A stretch of 61,593 bases of DNA, filler included, from Choristocarpus tenellus KU-1152 (taxonomy: Eukaryota; Protista; Phaeophyceae): the NCBI GenBank assembly GCA_964200185.2. It is 11 parts of 11 records of this genome, joined end to end, with 100 filler letters (N's around TTAATTAATTAA, not from the genome) between each part and the next. Parts side by side here need not be neighbours in the genome. Positions count along the whole stretch, not along the records: positions 10,745 to 18,838 come from CAXNAD020005157.1; positions 18,939 to 24,517 come from CAXNAD020010361.1; positions 24,618 to 30,224 come from CAXNAD020010268.1; 8 more parts are not named here. One strand, written 5' to 3'. Shown piece by piece: positions 13,790 through 25,705 of the stretch. Below the pieces are notes generated by a model. It was not told the origin of the DNA and searched no databases. It saw only the letters and a list, made by a program, of their open reading frames with translations. Position 1 is the first letter of the stretch; every line of letters begins with the position of its first letter. The position numbers and the translations under genes were made by a program.

Positions 13790-13889
13790 CAATCCATGTT
13801 TGCCTGTGGAGTCAAAAAGTCGAATTTTGCACATATATATTTGCTGGCATCCTTAAAATCCAACTCTGACCTCTCGTTTACTTTGACTG
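13790..13889 (-). mobile_element. MITE family C, partial (left end)
   Basis: The reverse complement reads CAGTCAAAGTAAACGAGAGGTCAGAGTTGGATTTTAAGGATGCC..., matching the family C left end. The inner boundary is approximate. Confidence 0.7.
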
Positions 13890-14466
13890 AGGTAGGTAGC
13901 CCAAACAATACTATTTGATAAAATTACACTATTTGGTTAGTTCTGCACACCTCACTACATACTGAGATCATGACCAGAGTGATAGTACCTCTACAATCTG
14001 ATTGTTGGTGTGCCAGTTAAGTCAAGAACAACATCGATCCATGTGCACAAAGGAACAGCACGATCCCACAACGAATGGGTATGGAATAAGTAAAGAACGT
14101 AGTGTATCCAACAGTTTGGGAGGTGTTTATGGATCAGGTGTCATGACATGTCATCACACCGAAGAACCTGAGCATTATACTCTTCACTTTTATAGGCGGA
14201 TAATGGAAGCGCATGCTGTGACACACAATAGACATTGGTCGAAATCTGATTTGTATAGCCAATCATCTGATTTCTACTGCCAAAGAGTTAAATGAAGTCT
14301 GCAAACTGCTAAGTGGATACTTCAATCATAAATCTTTATTCTGCAACCTCCAGGAATTGACATCTATTCTGTAAGATTATGTTTGAATTTCACATCTTAC
14401 TCTGCATCTCCTATCAAATCATCGTTTATTCTGTAAGGCTACCTATGTGTTACCTATATTGTATAT

Positions 14467-14636
14467 TGTTCGCACTTGTTAGAACGCGAGAAACAATGCT
14501 CACACTATACGTCTGTCACAAATGTTCGTGTTTGCTAAAACATGGATGGGAAGAAATGCGCGCTATTCATGTGTAACAAATGCTCGCACTTCATTGGAAC
14601 ACAAGAAGAAATGCTCGCGCTATTCGCCTGTAATAA
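14467..14636. repeat. Degenerate tandem repeat of about 57 bp, 3 copies
   Basis: Units start TG(T/C)TCG(C/T) and contain GAAxxAATGC(TC)GCGCTATTC...TGT(A/C)ACAAA. Confidence 0.6.
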
Positions 14637-15643
14637 TTAATCTTGACAATAATTTCTCATAAAGGTTAATTGAACAAGGTATAGTTAACCTACGGTTCTT
14701 CAGCTCTTCTTATTGTATTGTCTTCATTTGGCCAAGACAACAGCTAGCAAAGTTGGGAGATGATCATGGGTCATCAGGGAGAAGTCTTCAGAGACAGTTT
14801 CAGAAGGCCGTCTTTTGATGGGACAGGTGACTTTTGTGAAGTTTTTCTCAAGGTAGGTGAAGACATCGATGGATGATGTAAAGAAAGCATCCTAGCAGGG
14901 AGGGGCAGATTCAGAGACGAGAGGCTGAGGAGATACAAGCACAAATCCAAGTCCATCTATCTACTATGAACCAGCAGAAGAAAAACATCAACATGTGTTC
15001 ACTGCAACAACCCACACTGCCAAACAAAAGAGTAAAAAAATATGTGAGTGCGCCGACATGGTGACAATCCGACTTTGAAAAAGGTAGGCCAGGTTTGACC
15101 TTTTAAGCAGTGGCATTCAGTGAACCAAACCCATATCGCAGTGCCAAAGTCGAGGGAGTACCCTTGTACGTTCTGGTATTGGCATAATGTACTGATGAGA
15201 CTGGCAGGCGGCTACATGACGCAGACGTGCCTGTCGATCTCTACGAGCTGGAAGCAAAAACCCAAGCAAACATCGCAAATGTCTAGTTCACCGTCGTGAT
15301 TGGTGTGGGAGTGGTTGTAGTGGTTTTCAGACTACAAAAACATAAAAGTTGAACGGAAGATGTTTTTTGAAATGGAATATGAGTAACATAGAATTATATT
15401 CTAACACGTACGTCGTAGTATGTATCATAGTTCTTCCCCCTTTCTCGTTTTTGAGGACGTTCCGCGCGCTTGATATTAATCGTGCGTTCCTCGCAGCAGA
15501 TACCTTCAAGGAAAACAAAAACACATATGACATACGTAACAGAGGAATATACCCTTCGACTACCCCCCCCTCATCAAGGCCAGTTCACAATCCCAACGAC
15601 CGAAGACCAAGGAAATTCCAATTCTCTACCAACTATCATCAAA

Positions 15644-16608
15644 ATGAAGTCCACTGTCATGGCTGTCGCATGCGCCGCTGGTGCCCAGGCCTTCGTGGCC
15701 CCAACGTGAGTATGGTTATGTGGTAAATCCTTTGATAGTAATGCCAGAGTGTCATGTTTAGTAACCTGATCAGTAAATATCCACGTTGGCTTTGAAAATT
15801 TAGTTTCTTCGACGCATGAGGACATGTGTGTCCCTCGCTCGATATACTTGCTATGACTGTAGATGTGTCATATGGTTGTGCCTCGTGTTGTAATGACTGT
15901 TTGAGCACGTGGCCAAAAGAGCAACGAGCATTGTCATGTTTCCACAGTGTTCCTATCATCCTAATAGCATTCTGGTTGTCCTTACATGCACTGCCCCCCT
16001 CAAATGTACACTGCAGTGCGTTCAAGGGCGCTGCCTTGACCTCCGCCAAGTCTTCCTCGGCTATGAAGATGTCCTTCGAGTCTGAGATCGGTGCCCAGCC
16101 CCCTCTTGGGTTTTTCGACCCCCTTGGCCTCCTGGCTGATGCCGACCAGGAGCGTTTCGAGCGCCTCCGTTACGTGGAGATCAAGCACGGCCGCATCTCT
16201 ATGCTCGCCGTCGTTGGCCACATGGTTGCCCAGAACACCCGTCTGCCCGGCATGCTGTCCAACTCCGCCAACCTGTCCTTCGCCGACATGCCCAACGGAG
16301 TGGCTGCTCTCTCCAAGATCCCCCCTCTGGGCCTTGCCCAGATCGTGGCCTTCGTCGGCTTCCTTGAGCTGGCTGTGATGAAGAACGTGGAGGGCTCCTT
16401 CCCCGGTGACTTCACCATCGGCGGAAACCCCTTCGCTTCCTCATGGGATGCTATGTCCGAGGAGACCCAGGCCTCCAAGAGGGCAATCGAGCTCAACAAT
16501 GGCCGCGCAGCACAGATGGGTATCCTCGCCATGATGGTGCACGAGGAGCTGTCCAACCAGCCCTACATCATCAACGACCTTGTGGGCGCATCGTACTCCT
16601 TCAACTAA
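15644..16608 (+). CDS. Lhcf: Fucoxanthin-chlorophyll a/c binding protein (Lhcf), complete, 217 aa (exons 15644-15705, 16017-16608)
   Basis: Bipartite plastid presequence MKSTVMAVACAAGAQAFVAPT|AFKG with an ASAF-type cleavage motif. LHC motifs GFFDPLG, EIKHGRISML and ELNNGRAAQMG. Phase-2 GT-AG intron and strongly C/G-ending codons. Confidence 0.97.
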
Positions 16609-17989
16609 GCTGCAGCAGCTAGCTTTGTAGCTGTTATTTTGAGCAGTTGTCACACCGCATCGTATTTTTCTCACAATCCTTTCCCGAACTAGAGTAGATG
16701 ACACCGTTTTAATTGAAAAACATTGAAAACCATTCTCTATCCTATCACTCGGACACCCTGTGACCACCCCAATATGGTCTAGGAGTGCTGAGTTTCTTTG
16801 ATGCTTTTCACTTCCATCTGTTTCCTTAAGGTACGTTCACATCTCTTCCATCATTTCACTAGCAAGAGTTTGGTCGATTGTAATGTAAGAGTGAAATAGC
16901 ACAACTGGGTATACTTCCTGTATTGGTAGCTTGAACACCTTGCTGCTACAGGATCGAGGGAAAAAAAGTGATGTCTCCACAAGCACACAGGAACATGGCA
17001 ATTCCACAAGTCTTCCTGTAACTCCATAAGTAAAGCTCCCCTTGACATAATAAATTCCATTTAGAAGGTGTAAATGTTTGTGGGCATGTTCAAAAACGTG
17101 TCTTGTTAATCATCTAAGTGTTTTTTTAAGGATAGTGGACCGGTTTCTTATGGTAGTGTGTGTTTCAACGTGTGTGAACAAGAAAGATCTGTGATAGGAA
17201 ATGGCTTGCAATTTAAAATTGTATTTTAAGTTATCAACATAGTTGTAACAAGAAACAATATTTGGATGGAGCGATACTGAACAAAGACCATGTCATTCAC
17301 TATTTTTGAAGGCCATCACTGCTGTCGGAAAATAAATGCTTATGTACATAATTGACTAATCTCTAGGTAAATGATAAATTTATCCTCTATTTCCTTGGAT
17401 CAGTCAATTGTGTGTGGACGGATGGAAACACCACGCACCACGTACTGTACAGGTTGACAAGCAGTATGAAACGACAAGACGACTCACAACACCTACTACG
17501 TTGAATGAAAAACAAAGTATGCCTTCCCATCCTCAAACAAGCATAAAAAAATAGGAAATCTTCAGACACAGTCCATTGATCAGTCGGAGAAAAATAAAAC
17601 TTAGCAATAGATGCATACACATTGCAACAAAGCTTACAACAAATAATAAGCAGATTATTTCTCTGGCTAGTAAGAAAAACACCTTGCTTGGTGGGAAAAG
17701 TAGTCTCAGGGAGCACTTACTTGTCTTCCTCCAAAGCAATGAATGTCACTCGCAATTATTTGCCAATTTCCAAGCAAGCATCAAGAAAATTCCGCAACAC
17801 AAATAATAACAATTCAACAATCTGAATCTGGCACCGACCATAGTATGCACCCACTCACACTCTTTCTCTCAGGAAAAAAGAAAAACAAAATGAAGGCGAG
17901 ACAACCAATACAGGCGATCACACTAATTGCAATATCTGACAAAAGAGTAGTAAAGGCAAAGATCTCTCCGAAGTCCAAAAATCAGTAGG

Positions 17990-18042
<53 letters not shown>

Positions 18043-18094
18043 AATAAAAATAAAAAATCAGAAAAAAGAGTAGAAAAGGAAAAAAACTCTCAAA

Positions 18095-18131
<37 letters not shown>

Positions 18132-18200
18132 ACCCAACAGTCATCACACACCACCACCACTACCACCACCACCACCACCACCACCTGCTGCAAATATTCC

Positions 18201-18445
18201 TCAAACCTCATCGCTCGGATGCTGGTCAGAAAGTACCATATTTTGTCCATCAATGAGGGGTTCTTGCAGCACTGCCTGATCGGCACCCATGGTCCTGTTA
18301 TCTTTACCCATCTTCACAACATCAGTATCTTCAAATGATTCCAATCCTGATATCACAACGATGCTATCATTGGCATCATTGCTAAGGTCCAGAGGTCCAT
18401 TGTAACCATCTTCCCTTCGACCCGCCTGCACCTCTGCATTATTGT
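18201..18445 (-). CDS. Possible terminal exon of an unidentified gene
   Basis: TGCAG acceptor followed by an open acidic frame (DNNAEVQAGRREDGY...HPSDEV*). No family motif recognised. Confidence 0.35.
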
Positions 18446-18587
18446 CTGCAATACCGTACCTAAAACATAAAATTCAAATTCAAATTCAAATTCATACCGT
18501 CAAGCACATTCATAGGTTGAGGGATGGGGGGGGGGCAGATTTAGGGTATTCGTTTGCTGAAGAATTTAGTTGCAAAAACGGTGAACT

Positions 18588-18838
18588 GGGTCAGAGTATC
18601 TTAGAGGGTAGAGCCCTGTCCATTTGGGGGTCAAAATCCAATGTTGTGATTATGATGTAATTTTGTCTATCGTGTTTGTTAGCAAGTGTCAATATCCTTG
18701 TTCTGGACAAACCTTTTCATAACGTATACATTTTACCTACTCTGAAACATTTTGTAGTAGGTAAAAAGTCATTAAAAAAAAACGTGGGAAGCCAAGCCCC
18801 CCCCCCAAAAAGGACAAACAGGTCAAAACTCGTACCCT
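18588..18838 (+). mobile_element. MITE family A copy, right TIR truncated by the contig end
   Basis: Starts GGGTCAGAGTATCTTAGAGGGTA and is colinear with 22446-22703. Confidence 0.9.
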
Positions 18839-19448
18839 NNNNNNNNNNNNNNNNNNNNNNNNNNNNNNNNNNNNNNNNNNNNTTAATTAATTAANNNNNN
18901 NNNNNNNNNNNNNNNNNNNNNNNNNNNNNNNNNNNNNNCTCTTTTCGATTTTCACTTTTTGGTGTGATTTGGTCGCACGTGTCGGATTTGAAATGTCAGC
19001 AAAAAAGAGAAGACTGTAGGTCAGGTTCCTTTGTGCCATTGCATACGCAAGAGGAATGGGACTATATGCCACCATTTATTCGGGTTTGGTTAGGAGTTTC
19101 GACGCTTGCATGTGTCGGATTTCGAGTCTGGTCAAACTGGACTATTGGTATATGTATGTGGTCATGCAGTTACGATAAAGAATTAGAGGTATGGGTTAGG
19201 TTGTTCCAGGGCTGGATATTGGTTTGTTTGGTTGCATGAGTGGGATTTGTTTGACATATAAAGAAGGCTGTCGGTTAGGGTGTGCTTTCCCACTGTTGGA
19301 TGTGGAATTGAAAAAAAGAATATGGGTTGTTGGGAGGGTTTTTTCGTTTATTTGCTTGCGACATTATGTCGTGTCCGGTGCGTACAGAAAGAGGACTGTC
19401 AGTTTGGACATGTTCTCCTGGTGTGTGCACGACGAACCAAAACATATA

Positions 19449-19767
19449 GAGTCAAATTATCTTGGAGGGTAGAGCACTGTCCATTTGGGGGTCAAAATCC
19501 AACGTTGTGACTTTGATGTAATTTTACCTATCGTGTTTGTTAGGAAGTGCCAATTATCCAATGTTGTGATTTTGATGTAATTTTACCCATCGTGTTCGTT
19601 AGGAAGTGTTGATATCCTTGTTCCAGACACACCTTTCCATAACGTATACATTTTACCTACTCCATAATATTTTCGAGTAGGAAAATGTCATTAAAAAAAC
19701 CCATGAGGAGCCAAGCACCAAAGGGACAAACAGGGCAAAACTCGTACCCTCTAAGATACTTTCACTC
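19449..19767 (+). mobile_element. MITE family A copy with an internal ~59-bp duplication
   Basis: TIRs GAGTCAAATTATCTTGGAGGGTA and TACCCTCTAAGATACTTTCACTC. Flanks are TATA and TACA. Confidence 0.92.
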
Positions 19768-20549
19768 TACAACATGTACAGTTTAAATGTAATACTTCGT
19801 TTATTTGCGTGCATGTGTTGGATTTAGTACGTAATATGATGCGGTTGTTGCTGAGGATGTTAGGGTTGAAATTATTGGTATGAAGGAAGGGGAAAAGGTC
19901 AGGTTTTGTTTTCAGGTTAATGCATTATATATCTCTCATGTAAGGTGTGGACGGAATCTGGAGGCGTATACGAGTGGTTGTTGGTCAAGTTATATTGTCG
20001 TACGTTTCTCTGAAAGTAGTTCAAGGTACTCTTCCAGAGGTCCTGGGTTGGTGCCGTGCTCAGGAGCATCGTGTCTGGACTTCGGTATATGTTCCTCCAA
20101 GATTCGAAGGAGGACGAGATCGGTTCTAGTTTGTCGACACTTGGACAAAGCATGAGATGGTGCATAGAGTATTGAGAAGAAGGGGGGAGGTGCGTTATAG
20201 TGTTCAAGGAATAAGTAGCGACTTTGAGAAGGACAGGGTATCCATCGCTCGGCCAGGCGACTTGTTTGGAAAGGTTATCTGAGAAGATGGAGGAGAGTTG
20301 TTTGATTGATGTATTATATTTTAGTTGTCTAAACCTTGTAGCAGACACGTTATTTTAAAGTAATAATAACACAGGTCTAATCCTCAATATGAGAGTATGA
20401 TATGTAATACGCTGACGACAACTCTGACTGGTAGCAATGTATCCGATACCACTGTCTAAATGCGTAACTCATCCAATGGGAAGTGCATGAACATGGTAGT
20501 CGGACACCAAGTTACAGGTACACGGATGCTCAAATCAGTGTACCTGTAA

Positions 20550-22400
20550 CTCTACCCGTACTTCAACAAAAACCTGAAACGTCTGAATCCCTATTTCAAT
20601 TGGTGGGTGGACTCGAAATTGCATTCGTCACCCTTCTCCCACCACTCCATGAGCTTAGGGTATGCCTTGGCAAGAAGGATAGATTTAGGCGTGTGGAGTA
20701 TCTGGCGTTCCAACGTTCGGGCCTCACAATGCTCAAGAAGATAGCCTTCCTCGCCTGGAGTGCTTCCACATGTTCAGGACGCAACATGTTGCCTAGCTTC
20801 CCTCCATGATGGCCGAGTTTAACACGCGTGGGCTCGTGGACAGAGCGTTCGTCCACGAAAATAAGAGAATCTACCCCTTTACCAGCCTTGCTGATCCGGA
20901 ACCCGTGGTCGTGTATGACCTGGTTGAGTATTTGAGTCTGCACTCGATATTGTGCAGAAGAAGGTTTTGTTGCCAATCATAAGAGCTAGGTAACACACGT
21001 CTCCATGAAGACTTCGGTGATCCCCACATCGGATGCATCGCCGGAGTTAGTCGCGTCCTGTGTGACGCAATCCTCATCACCAAGAGATTCCCTTTCGTCG
21101 TCATGGTGGTACCTCGATGTGGATGAGACATATTTATCGCGTATCTGCCCATTTTGGCGGGAGCGAAGACGTCTGTGAAGAAGGCAGGTTCCAAAGCGCT
21201 CACATCAGTACCACGATGTTGTTTGAATGGTCTCGTCCATCCAGCACCTTCTCTCATCCTCTTCTTCCTAACTAGAATGCTTTCCCCCTTCCCTTTGCCC
21301 TTCTTGGAAGGCTTGTCCCTCGGGGTTGGGGTGGGATGGCCATGGGCGTGGTTCTCAATTCGCCTCACAGTATGGTTGTAGGTGTGCCCTGGCACTTGTG
21401 ACACGTCGATGCCGCTGCGCACCAAATGGGCCTTTGGGATCGGGGTCACTCCCCCAAGGCGTGACTCTGAGTCCACGCCTGAATGCCCACTCACGAAGTT
21501 CCTCTGGAGCTGAGAAAGCGTTGGGAAAAAGTTGGTTCCCATCGTCTTCGGGGTTTTCTATCACCCTCTTCTTCCTAAATATAATCATTTTCTTCCCCTT
21601 TCGTTTGCCCTTCTGGGAAGGCTTGTCCCTTGGGGTTGAGGTGGGATGGGCATGGGCGTGATTCTCACTTCGCCTCACAGTATGGTCGTTGAAAATCCCT
21701 GGTACTTGGGACTCGTTGTCGCCGCTACCCACCGAATGGGCGTTTGGGGACATTCCCCAAACACTCCCCCAAGTCGTGGACTCTAAGTCCGTGCCTGAGC
21801 GCCCACCCACGTCGTCCTCTACAAGTTTCTCTGGACCTGACAAAGCATTGGAAACGGGTTGGTCCCCATCGCCTTCAGAGTTGTGTACCGAGGGTGTGAT
21901 TGTATGCCTTCCCCTTGGTAAAGTCCTGCTTCCCGTTCCTACTGCAGGGCTAGGCGATCGGTTATCTTGTTCCTCTTCATCACCTGATGGGTTGGGTCTT
22001 CCACAAGGTATATGCGTCGATACGCCACCAGCTACTGGTGTCTTCACCAGTGAAAAATAGCGAAGGTGGAGAGTTCGTCCTTGAGGAGTTTGATACGATC
22101 CGGATCTAGGTTGTCTCTGAGGGCAGTGCATGTGATTACTACGCCTCCTGGTCGGGTCTGGAGAAGGGCGACTTCTCTCTCATGAGTGGTGCTCGCTTCG
22201 GACCCGAACTTCTCGAGTTCGTGCTCGGATGTGTCGCTCTTGTCTGCGGTGACCACAATGGTTGTGACTCTAGTTATCTCTGTGATGGTGGGGGATAAGG
22301 CAAAGAACGTGGCGAAGTAGGGGTCAAAACGACGGGGGGAGGTGTTATCGTTAGGAAGCAAGGGATGGGATAGAGGTTGGTGAGAAGGAGTAAACGAGGC
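20550..22400 (-). pseudogene. Decayed, apparently intronless coding region of unknown origin (TE- or virus-like)
   Basis: Overlapping minus-strand ORFs (22044-22361, 21355-22131, 20871-21542, 20596-20976) can be chained through frameshifts and stops. The block is more GC- and CpG-rich than intronic DNA and contains a diverged ~310-bp duplication. Confidence 0.5.
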
Positions 22401-22445
22401 AGGATACAGAGGATGAGGCAGGGGCTGACGAAAGGATGGGTGGAT

Positions 22446-22703
22446 GAGTCAAAGTATCTTAGAGGGTAGGGCTGCGTCCATTTAGGGGTCAAAATCCAAT
22501 GTTGTGATTTTGATGTAATTTTGGCTATTGTGTTTGAAAGGAAGTGTCAGTATCGTTGTTCAGGACAGACCTTTTCATAACATATACATTCTACCTACTC
22601 CGAAACATTTGGAGTAGGAACGAGTGATAAAACCCCCCATTGGAAGTCAAGCCCCAAATGGACAAACAGGGCAAAACTCGTACCCTCTAAGATACTTTCA
22701 CTC
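22446..22703 (+). mobile_element. MITE family A, full length (258 bp)
   Basis: 23-bp TIRs GAGTCAAAGTATCTTAGAGGGTA and TACCCTCTAAGATACTTTCACTC (1 mismatch). No coding capacity and no TSD evident. Confidence 0.93.
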
Positions 22704-23138
22704 CCAATCCCCCAAACGGATAGATATGTTGAATCTTTTCAGTGGCGCATGCCATTGAATCGATGGTATTTTACGGAGTCCCTCTATGTACGGTGCTGCG
22801 GTCGCTACCCCCACATCTCTTTATTTGCCACTGTCTGATTGTGTGTTAATGCATGTACATCACCAACTGTTGTATCTCACCTGTACTACTTCGTACTGTT
22901 TTGCGCGGCCAATTTCGTGGTCCTTCGTAACCGTGGATCCCCGCGTTGCGTTGTTGCGCCCAATTGATAATCTGGAAAATAATATCCTGTCTTTTTAACA
23001 CTCTGATTCGATGACACGCGCGACAGGTATTCATGCCCGAAGTGCTCCATCACGCATATGGGCGAATGTGCCTACGCGGACATTATAGACTACGAGAGGC
23101 ACAAGGATCGATTATGTATCAATTGCCCCATGGCACAG

Positions 23139-24458
23139 GAGGGCAGTGAAGGGTCTGGATCGGTGGGGAACGAAGCGGTGGGTCGGGGCAGGGGCAGGGG
23201 CGGGGGCAAGGGCAAGGGTGAGGTTCACGCAAGGAGCGCGGGCGGGTCACCAACGACGCAGAGCCTTTTACGTCCCCCCTTACGCAGCGAAACGGCCGAC
23301 ATGGAGAAGTGCATGTGGATCTCGGCGTGGTTGCACAAGATACAGACACACAAGTCGTCTCTGCGTGTTTGTCTTCGCGTTGGTTTGCACATAGGTCTTG
23401 GCTGCTTGTACATCATGTGGATTGCTCGTCTTTTGTGCCTTGGATGTGTCGTTTTTTTGGAGGTTTCCATGGGCCATGGAACTTAGTGTATTGACGTATA
23501 CCCTCCTTCCACGAGATGTATCTGATGAGTCTGGCGTTGTGGAGGGTATGGTCTGACATTTTGGAGATGCCGTGGAAATATTGTCAGGACCTCACTTAAT
23601 GAAAAGATTGCCTACACCGTAGCTTACTACGCTGTCCTTCTTGTCGTGCTGTCTGTCTACTGTGTTGTGCGTCATGATGTCCAAGCAGGAGTGAGAACAC
23701 TGCACTACACGACCTTACAGTACCCTTAGACGACCTGAAAGATTTTGCCTTCCACAATGCGCCAAAGCTCGCCATAGTATCCATTGCCGCCGAGCCAAGA
23801 CTCCTCAATGACGAAGAGACGACCGACACACACTTGCACGAGGTGCTTAAGTGCTTGCGGCTGAAGATGCATCCTCAGAGCACCATCGCGCTCATTGTGC
23901 CCCACCCGTGGATGGCACAATTACACCGCCTAGGCTGTGAGTTTCAGAGTTCGCAAGTGCTGGAATACGGGGTATATTGCGGGAGACTGATGCGATCCGC
24001 CATGGCCGTTATCATTCCGTCCGTGTGCCGATCGAATATTGTGCGACCGTTCAGGAGATGCGGATTAGGTCGTGTGTATTCCTTTTTCACTTTCCCCATG
24101 TTGTTTCATGTCCTTCGTACCTTCTACTTCCTTTTATGTCTCTTGCTCTTTCCCCCGGGTCCTTCATGGTTCTTTGTTTCATTGTCCACGAATCGCACGC
24201 TGGTGTTACTCGTCTTCACTACATTATTTTTTCCATATTTACTTCTATTATTACTTAATTTCCTATTGTTTGCATTTTTTCCATTGGTTATTTGCCTTGC
24301 ATTCCACACTCATTGTACTATTACAATGTTAGTGGTATAAGATTTCATGAATCCCTACGATAACTACTTGTGTGATGTCACTGTCAAGTTTGACGCATGC
24401 CAGACCCACACGCTCGCTCCCGCCTTCTATTCATTCAGAGGCTCCTATGGCGTCGAAG
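23139..24458 (+). CDS. Unidentified spliced gene fragment (exons 23139-23217, 23721-23936, 24342-24458)
   Basis: Three AG/GT-bounded, phase-1 compatible exons: EGSEGSG...GKGK | VPLDDLKDFAFHNAPKLAIVSIAAEP...HEVLKCLRLKMHPQSTIALIVPHPWMAQLHRLG | YFMNPYDNYLCDVTVKF...GVE. Confidence 0.5.
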
Positions 24459-24492
24459 GTGGGTTTGATTATGGAGGATCATCCCCTAACCT

Positions 24493-24517
24493 GACCCAAA
24501 GTATCTGGGGGGGGGGG
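24493..24517. mobile_element. MITE family B terminus at contig end
   Basis: GACCCAAAGTATCTGGGGGGGGGGG matches the family B TIR. Confidence 0.7.
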
Positions 24518-25705
24518 NNNNNNNNNNNNNNNNNNNNNNNNNNNNNNNNNNNNNNNNNNNNTTAATTAATTAANNNNNNNNNNNNNNNNNNNNNNNNNNN
24601 NNNNNNNNNNNNNNNNNCCAAGCTGTTCTTTGTCCTTCATTAAAGCACCATAAAAGCCGCGGGTCCAGTGTGGGATAGTTCAACATCAATTGTTGTACAT
24701 TCCATGTGGAGGGGATACTGCTTACAGACCATGTCTCAACAGACGAAAGTGCCTCCCTTGAGCATCATCGCTTTGAAGTCCATGGTGACATGTCACCAGA
24801 GTCAGCATGGGTACAACAAACCAGTAAGACCAGAGTTGGGGATAGGGACGAAAGGACTGAAGATCTAGACGAAGAAGCAACTAGACGGAAACCACACTAT
24901 TTTTTACTTTTAAACAAAAATGATTCAAGTTTCAGAATTGAAAAAGGACGATTATACAGAAACATAAACAATAAGGTTGTATACTACATGGAGTAGAAAC
25001 CACAGCAAAATGGAACAGCTTGGGCGATGTGAAGATCTCAACCTCGGTTCCAAACAAAAAGAAAAGACTAACAAATCGAACACACCCTTCCTTATATCAC
25101 ATGCAATAAACGTATTTCTTGTTTTGCCTCCCATATCATATATAGTAAAGATATTGACTTGTCACCCGTTTAGACCTGAAGTACCCAATAACGTGGGGGA
25201 TGTGGTGCCATTCATCTCTAGAAACGTTTTTTTGTTGAAAAATACATTTTTTGTTGTGAAAGTAGGTGTATATACATATATATTCTTATAATTTTTCAAA
25301 TAACTGTAGAGGAAGAATGAAAAGAGGTGGTCGTAACAATAGTTAAAGGTAGATATCCATCGCATGGTCTCTAGCAACACCTACTACAAGTATAACCTTC
25401 TTGACGTCCTCAGTGCTCAACAGGGTACCTCTCAACAAGATCGGGATGGGATGCCACTCCAAAATGTAACCAAGACAATATCACCTCTCTCAAACTCAAC
25501 CTCTGCTATGATACCCAAACCTCACATGACATGCGCTAAGGATTGCAACTCAATATAGAAATGAGTAAGTGGGAGGGATGATTGCCATGAAGAGAGCACA
25601 CATAAATGATGTAAATGTTAATGTAAATGAGAGATAAGTTTTTTGCACTTGCGAGATCAAATGTATGATGTCCCCAGGATCATACACAACCTCTCATCTC
25701 ATAGG

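Noticed and set aside
15826-16016. N-terminal 60+ aa of the 260-aa FCP ORF
   Set aside because: This is intron read-through. The true start is 15644, which supplies the signal peptide.
16000-16767. Antisense or alternative-frame ORFs over FCP, DOA10 and the 54.6-55.7 kb exon
   Set aside because: These are expected shadows of GC-rich, codon-biased coding sequence.
17990-18130. Poly-A runs as a retrocopy tail
   Set aside because: No upstream plus-strand retro-sequence or TSD was seen, and A-runs are common in these contigs.
19449-22703. Composite transposon formed by two MITE-A copies around cargo
   Set aside because: The outer flanks (TATA and CCAA) do not form a TSD, and the left copy has its own near-TSD, so independent insertions suffice.
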